NCBI GenBank assembly: GCA_017445365.1
Contig: JAFSUH010000183.1
Span: forward strand, 1 to 36,370
DNA length: 36,370 bases
Reading direction: 5' to 3'
From: Kiritimatiellia bacterium
GTDB lineage: Bacteria > Verrucomicrobiota > Kiritimatiellia > CAIQIC01 > Lenti-01
Shown here piece after piece: positions 1 through 9,536 of the stretch (position 1 is its first letter; each line of letters opens with the position of its first letter). A program made the position numbers and the translations under genes. Under the pieces are notes generated by a model. It made no database searches. It was not told where the DNA came from and saw nothing but the letters and a program-made list of their open reading frames with translations.

Positions 1-823
1 CGACCGCGCCCCCTTCTTCCGCAAGCAAACGCGCCTCGCGTTCGGCCCACGGGCGGATGCGCCCGATGGCGGTTTCCGGGTCCCACGGAAGCGAGAGGTC
101 GCTGAGCACCAGCGCGAACAATCCCGCGAGGACGGGCGTCGGCACCCCCGGGAACCGGCCGTCCTGCGCGCAGAGGAGGGCCATCACTTCGCTGCGGATT
201 TCCCAGCGCGAGCGCTCGAGCGCCAACCCCTGCGGCAGGGTCCGCCGGAACACCTCGCGCGCGGCGCGCCAGTTGCGCGAACTGCGGTAGCCGTACGCAT
301 CCGCCCCCTCCGGCGGCACCTCGCGCGCGATGGCGAGGATGTCCGGGCGCACGCGCTGCCACGTTTTCTCCGCCCAGACGGCGACGACCGCCTCGCGCAC
401 GTCGTTCCACGCCGCCTGCAGCTGCCGGGCGCCGTGGACGCCCTTGAGGGCCGCGCGCACGCGCTTTTCGCCGTCGCGGAGGAGCGCCTTCGTCTCCCGG
501 TCGCAATCGCCGCGGGTCTCCTGGTAGATCAGGAACCGCGCGAGGGCGCGCAAGGCCTTCCGCCAGCCGTCGCCGTCCCCGCCGTCGGCGGGAAGGGAGT
601 CGGGGCGGCGCGGGGAAAGGAGCGACCAGAGGGCGAGGACGGGGGCGGCCCAGGCGGCGAGGGCGACGGCCGCGGCGGGGGCGAACAGCGCGGGGCGGGC
701 CTGCCGGACGTGCCAAAGCAGGAGGAGGCCCGTGGCGGCGGCGAGCAGGCCCCACCAGAGGAAGAGGCCGCGCATTTCGTACACGGCGGCGCGCAGCGGG
801 CTGCGGTAACGGATTCGGCTCAT
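1..823 (-). CDS. Hypothetical membrane protein, 3' end outside the window
   Basis: Read by hand; absent from the ORF track because it has no stop in the window. ATG at 823, open to the left edge (MSRIRYRSPLRAAVYEMRGLFLWWGLLAAATGLLLLWHVRQ...), two N-terminal hydrophobic segments, GC-rich third positions. Confidence 0.7.
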   Translation of the reverse strand, partial: MSRIRYRSPLRAAVYEMRGLFLWWGLLAAATGLLLLWHVRQARPALFAPAAAVALAAWAAPVLALWSLLSPRRPDSLPADGGDGDGWRKALRALARFLIYQETRGDCDRETKALLRDGEKRVRAALKGVHGARQLQAAWNDVREAVVAVWAEKTWQRVRPDILAIAREVPPEGADAYGYRSSRNWRAAREVFRRTLPQGLALERSRWEIRSEVMALLCAQDGRFPGVPTPVLAGLFALVLSDLSLPWDPETAIGRIRPWAEREARLLAEEGGAV

Positions 824-937
824 GGATTCGCCTCGGGCATGGGGTTTCCTTGGGGAGGAGGCGACTCTACACGATTCGCGGGGTTTGGCAAAGGGCCGGG
901 GGCCCGTTTTCCGCGGCACCCGCCGCGCCTCCGGCCG

Positions 938-988
938 TTTTGCCAATGCTTGGCAAAACCGGGCCGTTTTTGCCGAACATTGGCAAAA
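938..988. repeat. Paired palindrome element (REP-like), copy 1
   Basis: TTTTGCCAATGCTTGGCAAAA (938-958), linker CCGGGCCG, TTTTTGCCGAACATTGGCAAAA (967-988). Confidence 0.85.
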
Positions 989-1070
989 TGCGGCTTGGAG
1001 GCGGCGGGGGGAAAACGCTAGGATGCTTCCGTTCCCCTCCCCTTCCTCCCCTCTCCGGAAAGGATTCCCC

Positions 1071-4000
1071 GTGAAAGCCAAATGCTTCCCCCTCCCCGCG
1101 CTGCTCGTTTCCTGCGCCCTGTCCGCTTGGGCGCTTCCGTCCGAACCCGTGTTCGACCCGCCGGCCGGCGTCTATCCCGACGCGGGCGAAAGCATTTCGG
1201 TGGCGATTGCCGCGGAAGACGGCTGCACCATCTGGTACACGACCGACGGGTCGCGGCCCGTTGCCACGAACGCCGCGGGGGAGGCGGTGCGGAGCGCGAC
1301 GGCGCGCGAATGCACCGGGGCGGTGGCCCTCGCCAACGGCCGCGAAACCGGCGAAAACGCGACGAGCCTCATCATGTCGGGCGAAAACGAAAACGACCCC
1401 TACGACCCGTGGTACGCGCCCGCGGAGCCGCCCCGGACGATTCCCGTCCTCCGCGCGGCGGCGGTGGACGCGGAGGGGAACGTTTCGCCCGTCGCCTCCG
1501 CGAGCTACCTTTTGGGCGACATGGCGACGCGCTACGGCAAGACGCCGGTCGTTTCGATTTCGACGGAACGGAGCGACCTGTGGGCGACGGACGCGGCGGA
1601 GGGCTACGGCATCTACCGCTATCCCCTGGCGGCGAACAAGAGCAAGGTTCCCGGCGCGTACGTCGAGTTCTTCGAAAACGGCGCGCGGCAGTTCGCCCGC
1701 TGGATCGAGTTGCGCGTGCAGGGAACGAGCACCCTCAAGCGGCCGAAGAAGTCGCTGCGCCTGACCGGGGCGAAGGGCTACGCCCCCGTCAAGATCAAGA
1801 AATCGCCGTTTTCCTACCAGTTCTTCCCCGGCAAGGATTGCACCGATTTCTCCTGCGTGGTCCTGCGCATGGGCGGCAACGACTGGAACCAGGGCATCGT
1901 CCGCGACATGCTTTCGCAGGCAATCAACAAGCACGGCATCGTGGACGTGCAGTACGGCAACGCATGCATCGTCTTCCTGAACGGCGTCTACTGGGGCATC
2001 AACGAAATCCGCGAGCGCTGGGAGCCGGGGTACTTCAAGTACCAGCACGGCCTCGAAGAGGAGGAGTTCTCGCTCCTGGAATACGGCGGCGGCGAGCAAT
2101 ACCCGCAAGTGGACCAGGGGCTGGGCGAGGACGACCCGCCCCGGACCAACCGGCCGTACGCGGACTTCTGGGCCATCCTCCGCACCATCGAGGAGGAATA
2201 CGGCGACGACCTTTCCCGGGAGGAGGCCTGGGAGTGGTTCACCAACCGCGTGAACCCCGCGAGCGTCATCCAGCACTTCGGCGCCTCCCTCTTCGCGGGC
2301 AACGGCGACTGGCCGCAGAACAACCAGCGCTTCTGGCGGGCGTGGGACACGGGCATCGACCCGGCGCGCGACCCGCTCTGCGACGGCCGCTGGAACTGGA
2401 CCTTCCACGACTGCGACTTCTCCTTCACGCTCCCCTTCCCCTACGTCAAGGACTTCGAGACGGGCACCTTCGCGGCCTTCGACCCGTACACGTTCATCTA
2501 TTACGACGAAAGCGTCGGCACCGTCGGAACCTTTTTCGAGGACGCCGCGCGCGTCTTCAAGGCGCCCGTGGGGAGCAACGAGGAGTTCCGCAACCGCTAC
2601 TTCGCGTTCGTCCATCTCTCGCTGGCGACCGCGTGGCGGCACGACGTCACCTCCGCCGTTCTCCAACAGTGCGCCGACCTCTTCCGCGAAGCGGGCATGG
2701 ACGAAAACGGCGCGCGCTGGCGCCAGCCGCAGACCGCGGCCGACTGGGAGAAGAACATCGCGGCGATCGACCGGTACCTCGCCGCGCGCCCCGAAGCCTT
2801 CGCGTGGCAGACGCGCCGCCGCTACGGCTTGGGGCCGTTGCGCGATCTGGTCCTTGACATCGAAGGCGACGGCGCCATCGAAGCGGGCACGTTGACGCTC
2901 GATGCGGCCGGTTCGACGCCCGGCGTCTCCTTCCCGCTGGACGTGGCCATCCCCAACGACGTCGCGGTCGAACTCACCGCCGTCCCCGCGAAGGGCGCCT
3001 CGTTCGTCGGGTGGTACGAAACGACCGCGAACCTCCCGGCGGCGGAGGCGGAAGCGACCGCGGAAGACTTCGCGGCGAACTACGCGAGCGCGTCCTATCC
3101 GCAAGATTCGCTGGGGACCGGTTGGGGAAGCTGGCTCGTCGAAACCAACGGCGCATACGCCGGGACGTGGACGGGGGAGAGCCAATACGCGCCCATCCAC
3201 CTGCGAAGCGAAAACGGCGCGTCGTTCGGCCTGTACGCCAACGGCGAAGGCACCGTTTCCGTCCGCCGCGAACTGGCCGGCGGCACCGTTCTCGCGGTCG
3301 GCGAAACGATGTCCGTGGATGTCGGCTTCGGCGTCGCGGGCGAGCCGGGCGCGGGCGTCGCCTTCGTTTCCGCGGACGACGCGTCGCGGCCCGTCGAGCT
3401 CATCCTCGCCTCCGGCGGGGCCGAAGGCGAGTGCTACCGGTTGCTGGTGAACGGGACCGCGTTCACCTTGGACAACTTCCCGCACGTCGTGGGCATGCCG
3501 ATCCGCCTCGCCCTGACGCGCACCGCGGAAAGCGCATACGTCCTCCGGCTGATCCGCGGCGGCGAAACCTTCGCCACGGCGGTCGCCATCCCGGAGGAAA
3601 TCACCGGCATCCGGCTGTACAAGAACGCCTACGGCGACGCCTCCGATTGGTGGAACCTCTGGTTCGACCGCCTGCGCGTCGCGCCCGACACCTTTGCCGA
3701 CGGCGCGGAACTCCTCGCAAGCGAAATGGGCGAAACGGTGTTTTTCGAGGACGGCAGCGCCATCGACAACTGGACCGCCGACCACGACGCCTCGTCCGGC
3801 GGCGCGGCGGGCAGCTGGCAGAACACCGAAAAGCTCTGCAACATCGGCTTGCCGAGCCTCGGACTTTGGGCCAACAACGGCGCGACCGCGAAGCTCCGCC
3901 GCCGGTTCGGGTTCGCGCTTTCGACAAATTGCGTTCTTTCCGTCGATTTCCAGAACAACGCGATTTCGGAAGAAAACGCGGCCGCGGGCATCAACTTCCT

Positions 4001-6047
4001 GACCGCGGACGGCGAGTCGTTCACCTTCATCGCCGCGCAGGGCGAAAGCAACTACCTCTGCGTCGTGGACGGAACCCCGATCGACACCGGCGTCCCCGTC
4101 CGTTCGACGGGCGTGCGCCTCGCCGCGACGGTGACGGGAGAGAACGCGATTTCGCTTGACATTTCGGGAACCGTCCTCGCGCTCGCCGCCGACGGCGCCA
4201 TCACGGGGCTCGAAGTCTTCAACGCGAGTTGCGGCAACGGCCCGCCCTGCAACGTGTACGCGAACCGCGTGTGGGTGACCAAGCCCGCCGGTTCGCCGGA
4301 CGTCACGCCGATCGACGACCCCGACCCGCTTCCCGTCGAGGACGTGGACCCGGCATCGGAAGACGGCACGCCCGCGTTCTACGAAGAGGGCGACGGCATG
4401 CTCAACTGGTCGTTCGCCGGATACGACGGCGTTTCCTCCGGGTACTGGATCGACCGGGCCGGCGACAGCGCGCCGGGGCTTTTCACCAACGCGCTCGGCC
4501 TCTGGGCCAACAGCGGCGCCGAAGTCACCGTCACGCGCGATTTCGCCTCCGCGGCCGGCGTCAACGCGGCAAGCGGCGTCGTCGTCCGTTTCTCCTTCGA
4601 AAACGGCGCCATCTCCGAGGAAGGCGGCGAAGTCGGCTGGGAACTCCTGAAAGTGGAGCACCGCCGGACGGGCGTCGTCACCCGGGTCGTCGGCGGCGCC
4701 TCGCTCGCGCACGGGGCCGCCAACTACGTCTGGACCGACGGGACGCCGCTCGCCGCCGCTTCCACGGGCGGCGCGCAGCACGTCCGCATCGCCTTCACGA
4801 CCCCCACCAACGCGGTCGTCTCCTTCCTCGGAACCACGCAGGAAGTTTCCTTCGCCGCGGAACCGGAGGCCATCCGCGTCTTCAACCGCTCCGCCGGTTC
4901 GGGAAGCGCCTGCAACGTCTTCGTCAACCACTTGGCCGTCTGGACGGGCGTCGATTCCGCCTCCGACGGCGGCGGCGACGGCGACGGAACCACCGTCTTC
5001 TCCGCGGACGGGAGCGACATCGTCAATTGGGATTGCTCCGGCAACCAGGACGACACCTCCGGATACGGAGCGGAAGCCAGCGCCCTCTTCGACGGGGCGG
5101 AGACGATGTATTTCTACGCCAATTCCGGCGAAACCTCTTCCGGCGTGCGCACGTTGCCCGCCGAAGCGGCCTTCGACGACGGGTGGACCTTCTCCTTCGC
5201 CTTTGCACACGGCGCCATCGCCAACGACGACGCCTCGGTCGGCTGGGCCTTGCAGGACGCGGACGGGGGGGAATTGGTCTATTTCCTCGCTTCTCCGCAG
5301 CAAGACGCGTATGTCCTCGGCGGTTCCGCCGCGACGGTGACGGCTTCGGGGGGAAGCGTGTCCGTTTCCGCCGGCGCCGTCCACCGCGTTTCGCTCGCCT
5401 TTTCCGCTTCCGGCGCATTTACGATTTCGCTTGACGGAACGGAATTGGCCGGCGTGGCGTCGTCCGCCGCCGTCCGCCGCCTGCGTTTCTGGAACTGCAA
5501 CGCGGGCGCGGACGTCAACCTCCTGGTCAACGACCTGCTCGTCACCCGCCCCGCCGCCTCCGCCTCTTCCGCGCGCGCCACCGCCCGAACGGCGGCGAAG
5601 GCGGCGCCGCGGGGGTTGACGGAAACGCTGCTTTCGACGGAGCGAACCATCACGGTGACCGCGACAACCGCCCGTTCGCTCGTCGCCCGCTTCACGGAAG
5701 CGGAAGGAAGCGTCTACGAAACCTGGGCGGCGGAACACGGCGTCGAGCCGTGGGGAACGAACGCCGCCACGGGCGTGGCGTACGCGGAGGAGTACCTCCG
5801 GGAAACCCAGGCGGCGGAGGTCTCGCAAAGCGCCGCGGGCGGGCGGTACGCGGTGCACATCCAAGGCGCCGACGGCATCGCCCTCGCAACCGAGGTCAAC
5901 GACGAACTGACGGACCCCGACGGCTGGCGCGCCCCGGCGGAGGGGGAACTCGTGGAGACGGAAGAAGGAAGCGGCGTCTACGACGTTTTCCCGACGAACG
6001 CCGCCGGCACCCTCTTCATCCGCCTCAAGCTCTCCCCGGCGGAATAG
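1071..6047 (+). CDS. Large secreted CotH-kinase family protein: signal peptide, chitobiase/FN3-associated domain, CotH kinase, four repeated beta-rich modules, C-terminal sorting-like tail
   Basis: GTG start at 1071 after AAAGGA. Signal peptide (MKAKCFPLPALLVSCALSAWA). PVFDPPAGVY...IWYTTDGSRP is typical of CHB_HEX_C/FN3-associated domains. CotH motifs KKSLRL, VFLNGVYWGINEIRE, GNGDWPQNN and HDCDFSF are present. Confidence 0.85.
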   Translation: MKAKCFPLPALLVSCALSAWALPSEPVFDPPAGVYPDAGESISVAIAAEDGCTIWYTTDGSRPVATNAAGEAVRSATARECTGAVALANGRETGENATSLIMSGENENDPYDPWYAPAEPPRTIPVLRAAAVDAEGNVSPVASASYLLGDMATRYGKTPVVSISTERSDLWATDAAEGYGIYRYPLAANKSKVPGAYVEFFENGARQFARWIELRVQGTSTLKRPKKSLRLTGAKGYAPVKIKKSPFSYQFFPGKDCTDFSCVVLRMGGNDWNQGIVRDMLSQAINKHGIVDVQYGNACIVFLNGVYWGINEIRERWEPGYFKYQHGLEEEEFSLLEYGGGEQYPQVDQGLGEDDPPRTNRPYADFWAILRTIEEEYGDDLSREEAWEWFTNRVNPASVIQHFGASLFAGNGDWPQNNQRFWRAWDTGIDPARDPLCDGRWNWTFHDCDFSFTLPFPYVKDFETGTFAAFDPYTFIYYDESVGTVGTFFEDAARVFKAPVGSNEEFRNRYFAFVHLSLATAWRHDVTSAVLQQCADLFREAGMDENGARWRQPQTAADWEKNIAAIDRYLAARPEAFAWQTRRRYGLGPLRDLVLDIEGDGAIEAGTLTLDAAGSTPGVSFPLDVAIPNDVAVELTAVPAKGASFVGWYETTANLPAAEAEATAEDFAANYASASYPQDSLGTGWGSWLVETNGAYAGTWTGESQYAPIHLRSENGASFGLYANGEGTVSVRRELAGGTVLAVGETMSVDVGFGVAGEPGAGVAFVSADDASRPVELILASGGAEGECYRLLVNGTAFTLDNFPHVVGMPIRLALTRTAESAYVLRLIRGGETFATAVAIPEEITGIRLYKNAYGDASDWWNLWFDRLRVAPDTFADGAELLASEMGETVFFEDGSAIDNWTADHDASSGGAAGSWQNTEKLCNIGLPSLGLWANNGATAKLRRRFGFALSTNCVLSVDFQNNAISEENAAAGINFLTADGESFTFIAAQGESNYLCVVDGTPIDTGVPVRSTGVRLAATVTGENAISLDISGTVLALAADGAITGLEVFNASCGNGPPCNVYANRVWVTKPAGSPDVTPIDDPDPLPVEDVDPASEDGTPAFYEEGDGMLNWSFAGYDGVSSGYWIDRAGDSAPGLFTNALGLWANSGAEVTVTRDFASAAGVNAASGVVVRFSFENGAISEEGGEVGWELLKVEHRRTGVVTRVVGGASLAHGAANYVWTDGTPLAAASTGGAQHVRIAFTTPTNAVVSFLGTTQEVSFAAEPEAIRVFNRSAGSGSACNVFVNHLAVWTGVDSASDGGGDGDGTTVFSADGSDIVNWDCSGNQDDTSGYGAEASALFDGAETMYFYANSGETSSGVRTLPAEAAFDDGWTFSFAFAHGAIANDDASVGWALQDADGGELVYFLASPQQDAYVLGGSAATVTASGGSVSVSAGAVHRVSLAFSASGAFTISLDGTELAGVASSAAVRRLRFWNCNAGADVNLLVNDLLVTRPAASASSARATARTAAKAAPRGLTETLLSTERTITVTATTARSLVARFTEAEGSVYETWAAEHGVEPWGTNAATGVAYAEEYLRETQAAEVSQSAAGGRYAVHIQGADGIALATEVNDELTDPDGWRAPAEGELVETEEGSGVYDVFPTNAAGTLFIRLKLSPAE

Positions 6048-6069
6048 CGCCGGCCGAGCCGGTCTCCCG

Positions 6070-6099
6070 GGCCCCGCGCGCCTCCGCGCGGGGCCTTTT
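6070..6099 (+). terminator. Intrinsic terminator after the CotH gene
   Basis: 11-bp stem GGCCCCGCGCG/CGCGCGGGGCC, loop CCTC, followed by TTTT. Confidence 0.7.
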
Positions 6100-6255
6100 C
6101 CATGGCCCGGCATCGGCAAAATGCAAAACGGCGCGGCGATTGCCGCGCTGGCGGGCGGAGCGGATTGACTTTTCCCTTCCGGCACGGGCAAACTGCCCGC
6201 ATCCATCCCCCGCGGGCGGAAGCCCGCGGCAAACCCGCAACCCCAAGGAGTCCAC

Positions 6256-7416
6256 ATGGCATACCGCATCAACCTCAACGGCATTTCCTTCCACGGCAAG
6301 GGCGCCATCGCCGAAATCCCCGCCCTTCTCAAGGCCGGCGGCTTCAAGAAAGTCTTCGTCGCCACCGACCCCGGACTTCTCGCCATCGGCACGACGGCGA
6401 AGGTGACCGACCTCCTCAAGGCCGCGAAAATCAAGTTCGACCTTTTCAGCGACATCAAGCCCAACCCGACCATCGAAAACGTCAAGGCGGGCGTCAAGGC
6501 GTTCAAGGCGTCGAAGGCGGATTGCATCGTGGCGATCGGCGGCGGCTCCGCGATGGACACGGCGAAAGCCGTCGGCATCATCGCCACCAACCCCAAGTTC
6601 TCCGACGTGCGCTCCCTCGAAGGCCTTTCGCCCACGAAGAAGCCCGCGGTCTTCACCATCGCCGTCCCCACCACCTCCGGCACCGCGGCGGAAGTGACCA
6701 TCAACTACGTCATCACCGACCGCGCGAAAGACCGCAAGTTCGTCTGCGTGGACCCGCACGACATCCCGCAGATCGCCGTTGTCGATTCCGGCATGATGCT
6801 TTCGATGCCCGACAAGCTCGCCGCCGCGACCGGCATGGACGCTTTGACGCACGCCATCGAAGGCTACGTCACGCGCGCCGCCAACGACATGACCGACATG
6901 TTCCACTTGAAGGCCATCGAGCTGATTGCCGCGAACCTCCGCCAATCCGTCAACGGCAAGGGCGCGAAAAAGGAAGCGGCCCGCGAGAAGATGGCCCTCG
7001 CCCAGTACATCGCGGGCATGGGGTTCTCCAACGTCGGCCTCGGCATCGCCCACTCCATGGCGCATCCGCTCTCCGCGTTCTACGACACGCCGCACGGCGT
7101 CGCCTGCGCGATTCTCCTCCCGCCCGTCATGAAGTTCAACGCCCCCGCCACGGCCAGGCGCTACATCGACATCGCCCGCGCCATGGGCGTCAAGGGCGCC
7201 GACGCGATGCCCCTGGCGAAGGCCCGCAAGGCCGCCTGCGAGGCGGTGGCGAAGCTCGGAGCCGACGTCGGCATCCCGCCGGACTTGAAGGGCATCGTGC
7301 AGGCGAAGGACATCCCCTTCCTCGCGCATTCGGCTTACGTCGATGCGTGCCGTCCCGGCAACCCGCGCGACGTCACCGAAGAGGAAATCGCAAAGCTCTA
7401 CAAGTCCTTGATCTGA
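6256..7416 (+). CDS. fucO: Lactaldehyde reductase (iron-containing alcohol dehydrogenase)
   Basis: AAGGAG RBS. The segments PNPTIENV, AIGGGSAMDTAKAVGII, DVRSLEGLSPT, PTTSGTAAEVTINYVITD, KFVCVDPHDIP, GMDALTHAIEGY and HSMAHPL..YDTPHG closely follow FucO. Confidence 0.92.
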   Translation: MAYRINLNGISFHGKGAIAEIPALLKAGGFKKVFVATDPGLLAIGTTAKVTDLLKAAKIKFDLFSDIKPNPTIENVKAGVKAFKASKADCIVAIGGGSAMDTAKAVGIIATNPKFSDVRSLEGLSPTKKPAVFTIAVPTTSGTAAEVTINYVITDRAKDRKFVCVDPHDIPQIAVVDSGMMLSMPDKLAAATGMDALTHAIEGYVTRAANDMTDMFHLKAIELIAANLRQSVNGKGAKKEAAREKMALAQYIAGMGFSNVGLGIAHSMAHPLSAFYDTPHGVACAILLPPVMKFNAPATARRYIDIARAMGVKGADAMPLAKARKAACEAVAKLGADVGIPPDLKGIVQAKDIPFLAHSAYVDACRPGNPRDVTEEEIAKLYKSLI

Positions 7417-7581
7417 TTTCCCTTCGCCCCTCTCCCGGCGCGCGGCCTTGCCACGCGCCTTTTTCGTTGTCCGCGCCGGTGCGCCGGTGGCACGTCGCTG
7501 GCGGCGCTTCCGCTTCGAAGGCGTTTTTCCGATGTCTGGCACGATTCAAAGGCGGGGCGGGACGGGGACCCCGGCGGGCCG

Positions 7582-7631
7582 TTTGCCAATGTTTGGCAAA
7601 TTCGGCCCGTTTTTGCCAAACGTTGGCAAAA
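7582..7631. repeat. Paired palindrome element (REP-like), copy 2, between convergent fucO and vsr
   Basis: TTTGCCAATGTTTGGCAAA (7582-7600) and TTTTTGCCAAACGTTGGCAAAA (7610-7631). The linker resembles the reverse complement of the copy 1 linker. Confidence 0.85.
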
Positions 7632-7648
7632 CGCCTTCCGGGCGTTTT

Positions 7649-8119
7649 TCAATTCCCGGCCTTGGCCGCGAACCGGCGGAGGCGGGCGTCCAGCCATTCC
7701 AGCGTTTTGTCCCGCCGCTTGCCTTCGAGCCCGCAGGTCCAAAGCACCACGACGCCCCACCCTTCCTCCCGCCAAAGCGCCTCGTGCCGTTCGTCCCGCC
7801 GCACGTTCGCGCGGAACTTCGCGTTCCAGAACGCCCGATTCGTTTCCGGCGTCGTCGCTTGGGGGCAGAAGGCCGTCCAGACGAGCTTCCGCCCGTCCCA
7901 CTCCCAGCCGTGCCGGTGCCAGAAGCACCCGCGGATTTCGATCAAGGTACGCGCCCGCGGCACCACGATGTCCGGCCGCCCCGTGAAGCGCCGGTCGCAG
8001 GTACGGAACCGCCACCCCCTCGCGTGCAGGAACTTCCGCACGAGCAGCTCCGGCTTCGTGTCCCGCGACCGGATCGCCGCCATCATCCGGCTCCTCGTCT
8101 CCCGGCTCACCGTGTCCAT
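7649..8119 (-). CDS. vsr: Very-short-patch repair endonuclease
   Basis: MDTVSRETRSRMMAAIRSRDTKPELLVRK, GRPDIV, IEIRGCFWHRH, FWNAKFRANVRRD and GWGVVVLWTC are Vsr signatures. The same cluster carries a C5 MTase. Confidence 0.9.
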   Translation of the reverse strand: MDTVSRETRSRMMAAIRSRDTKPELLVRKFLHARGWRFRTCDRRFTGRPDIVVPRARTLIEIRGCFWHRHGWEWDGRKLVWTAFCPQATTPETNRAFWNAKFRANVRRDERHEALWREEGWGVVVLWTCGLEGKRRDKTLEWLDARLRRFAAKAGN

Positions 8120-8121
8120 GG
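8076..8121. repeat. 46-bp direct repeat, copy A (5' end of the intact vsr)
   Basis: 45/46 identical to 9484-9529. Confidence 0.95.
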
Positions 8122-8150
8122 GTTCTTGTCCGGGTTCCGCCCGCGCCCGT

Positions 8151-9362
8151 TCAGTAAAGCAGGCCGAACATCCACAGGGGAATCCGGTGGCGGAATCCGA
8201 TTTCGGTGCCGTCCACGGCGAGGTACCCGTCCGCTTCGTCCGCGATTTGCGCGAACGTCTTGTTCTTGCCCCCGACCTCGAAAACCCACTTGCCGTCCAC
8301 GAGGAAGTCGCCCCGTGCCGGATAGTTCACCGTGCGGACCTGCCGGACTTGGTTGAAGAAGAACGTTTCCCGGATGGTTCCCGCGTCGGGCGAAGGCGAA
8401 AGCGCGTACATGAGGTTCGGGTCGCCGAGATAGATTTTGTCCGGCCGGGAAAGTCCCTTCAGGCTGCGGGCGCGGTCGGAGAGCAGGCCGAGAAGGCCAC
8501 CCCGTTGGAGCGCATCCAGCATTTTCAGCCCCTGGTTCCGGTCCGTTTCCAGTTCGCGGCAGAGTTTTTCGAAATTGACCTTCTGCGGGACCCGTTCCGC
8601 GAGAATCATCAGCATTTTCCGCGCCTTCCGGATGGTCGCGGGGGAGATTTCCTCGACGGCGGGGTAGTCGCTTTCGAGCACCTGCGCGGCCACCTGCGCG
8701 AGCCTTTGGGCGAAGCCGCGCTTCACTTCCTTGAAAAACGGGTAGTACCCGCTTTTGACGTACGCCTCGAACGCGGGGAGCACCCGGATGCGGGAGCAGA
8801 TGCCTTCGGCAATGGGAACGTGTTGTTCGAGGAGCCGTTCGAACGGGACGGCGGGCACGTCGAGACCGCACGCGAAAAGAAGGTATTCCCGGAAGGACAA
8901 GCCCGGCAGGTCGTAGACGATCTGCCGCCGCGAGAGATCGCCCTGCATCCTGTTCAGCCGCAGCATCGAAGAGCCGGTATAGACGAAATGCAAGCCGGGG
9001 AAATCGTCGTACAGGTTCTTGAGAAGCGTCTGCCAGTGGGGGACATGGTGCACCTCGTCGAGGAACACGTGCGTCCCGCCGTGCGTGAAATGGTCTTCCA
9101 CGAGCTCGGCGACGTCGTGCGCGGCGAACCAAAGGGCGTCGAGCGAGGCGTAGAGCGCTTTCGCCGGGTCGGGAAACGCTTCCCGGATGCGCTGGAACAT
9201 GGCGGTCGTTTTTCCGCAGCCGCGGGGACCCCTGATGCAGATCAGCCGGTCGTCCCAGTCGATCGCCGCGACGGGCGCGCGCCGGAACGCCATCGAAACG
9301 GCGGCGATCCGCCGCCGGAAGCTCCGGTCCAGTTTGGCAAAGTCTTTGGTCGATTGTTCCAT
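8151..9362 (-). CDS. AAA_14-type ATP-binding protein with C-terminal DUF4143-like/nuclease-like domain
   Basis: Walker A IRGPRGCGKTT, Walker B FLDEVH, YTGSS, DLSRR, KIYLGDPNL, RETFFFNQ, GDFLVD...FEVGGKNK. Confidence 0.85.
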   Translation of the reverse strand: MEQSTKDFAKLDRSFRRRIAAVSMAFRRAPVAAIDWDDRLICIRGPRGCGKTTAMFQRIREAFPDPAKALYASLDALWFAAHDVAELVEDHFTHGGTHVFLDEVHHVPHWQTLLKNLYDDFPGLHFVYTGSSMLRLNRMQGDLSRRQIVYDLPGLSFREYLLFACGLDVPAVPFERLLEQHVPIAEGICSRIRVLPAFEAYVKSGYYPFFKEVKRGFAQRLAQVAAQVLESDYPAVEEISPATIRKARKMLMILAERVPQKVNFEKLCRELETDRNQGLKMLDALQRGGLLGLLSDRARSLKGLSRPDKIYLGDPNLMYALSPSPDAGTIRETFFFNQVRQVRTVNYPARGDFLVDGKWVFEVGGKNKTFAQIADEADGYLAVDGTEIGFRHRIPLWMFGLLY

Positions 9363-9386
9363 TGCGTTTGTATCCTTGCGAATGCG

Positions 9387-9416
9387 AATTTATGTGATAC
9401 GTCATGCATCCGTCAA
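9387..9416 (-). promoter_or_regulatory. Putative sigma70 promoter for the AAA_14 gene
   Basis: TTGACG-18 nt-TAAATT on the minus strand in an AT-rich gap ~25 nt upstream of the ATG. Confidence 0.4.
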
Positions 9417-9443
9417 CGAAAATTCATGTTTCAAGACACGATT

Positions 9444-9527
9444 TCAAAGGAACAAACCATGTCCGGAAACACGATTCCGGCCTGCCGCCATCATCCGGCT
9501 CCCCGTCTCCCGGCTCACCGTGTCCAT
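9444..9527 (-). pseudogene. Truncated vsr 5' stub (MDTVSRETGSRMMAA, then unrelated sequence and a stop)
   Basis: The first 15 codons duplicate vsr. The ATG lies 9 nt after the stop of the DUF2357 gene. Confidence 0.8.
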
Positions 9528-9529
9528 GG
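9484..9529. repeat. 46-bp direct repeat, copy B
   Basis: 45/46 identical to 8076-8121. Confidence 0.95.
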
Positions 9530-9536
9530 CCGGTTC

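Noticed and set aside
867-6704. 1945-aa minus-strand ORF, and similar giant ORFs at 6102-11789, 11856-14840, 23512-25875, 25918-28506 and 30312-33659
   Set aside because: Antisense or off-frame shadows of real GC-rich genes. They show no recognisable motifs and overlap well-supported CDSs.
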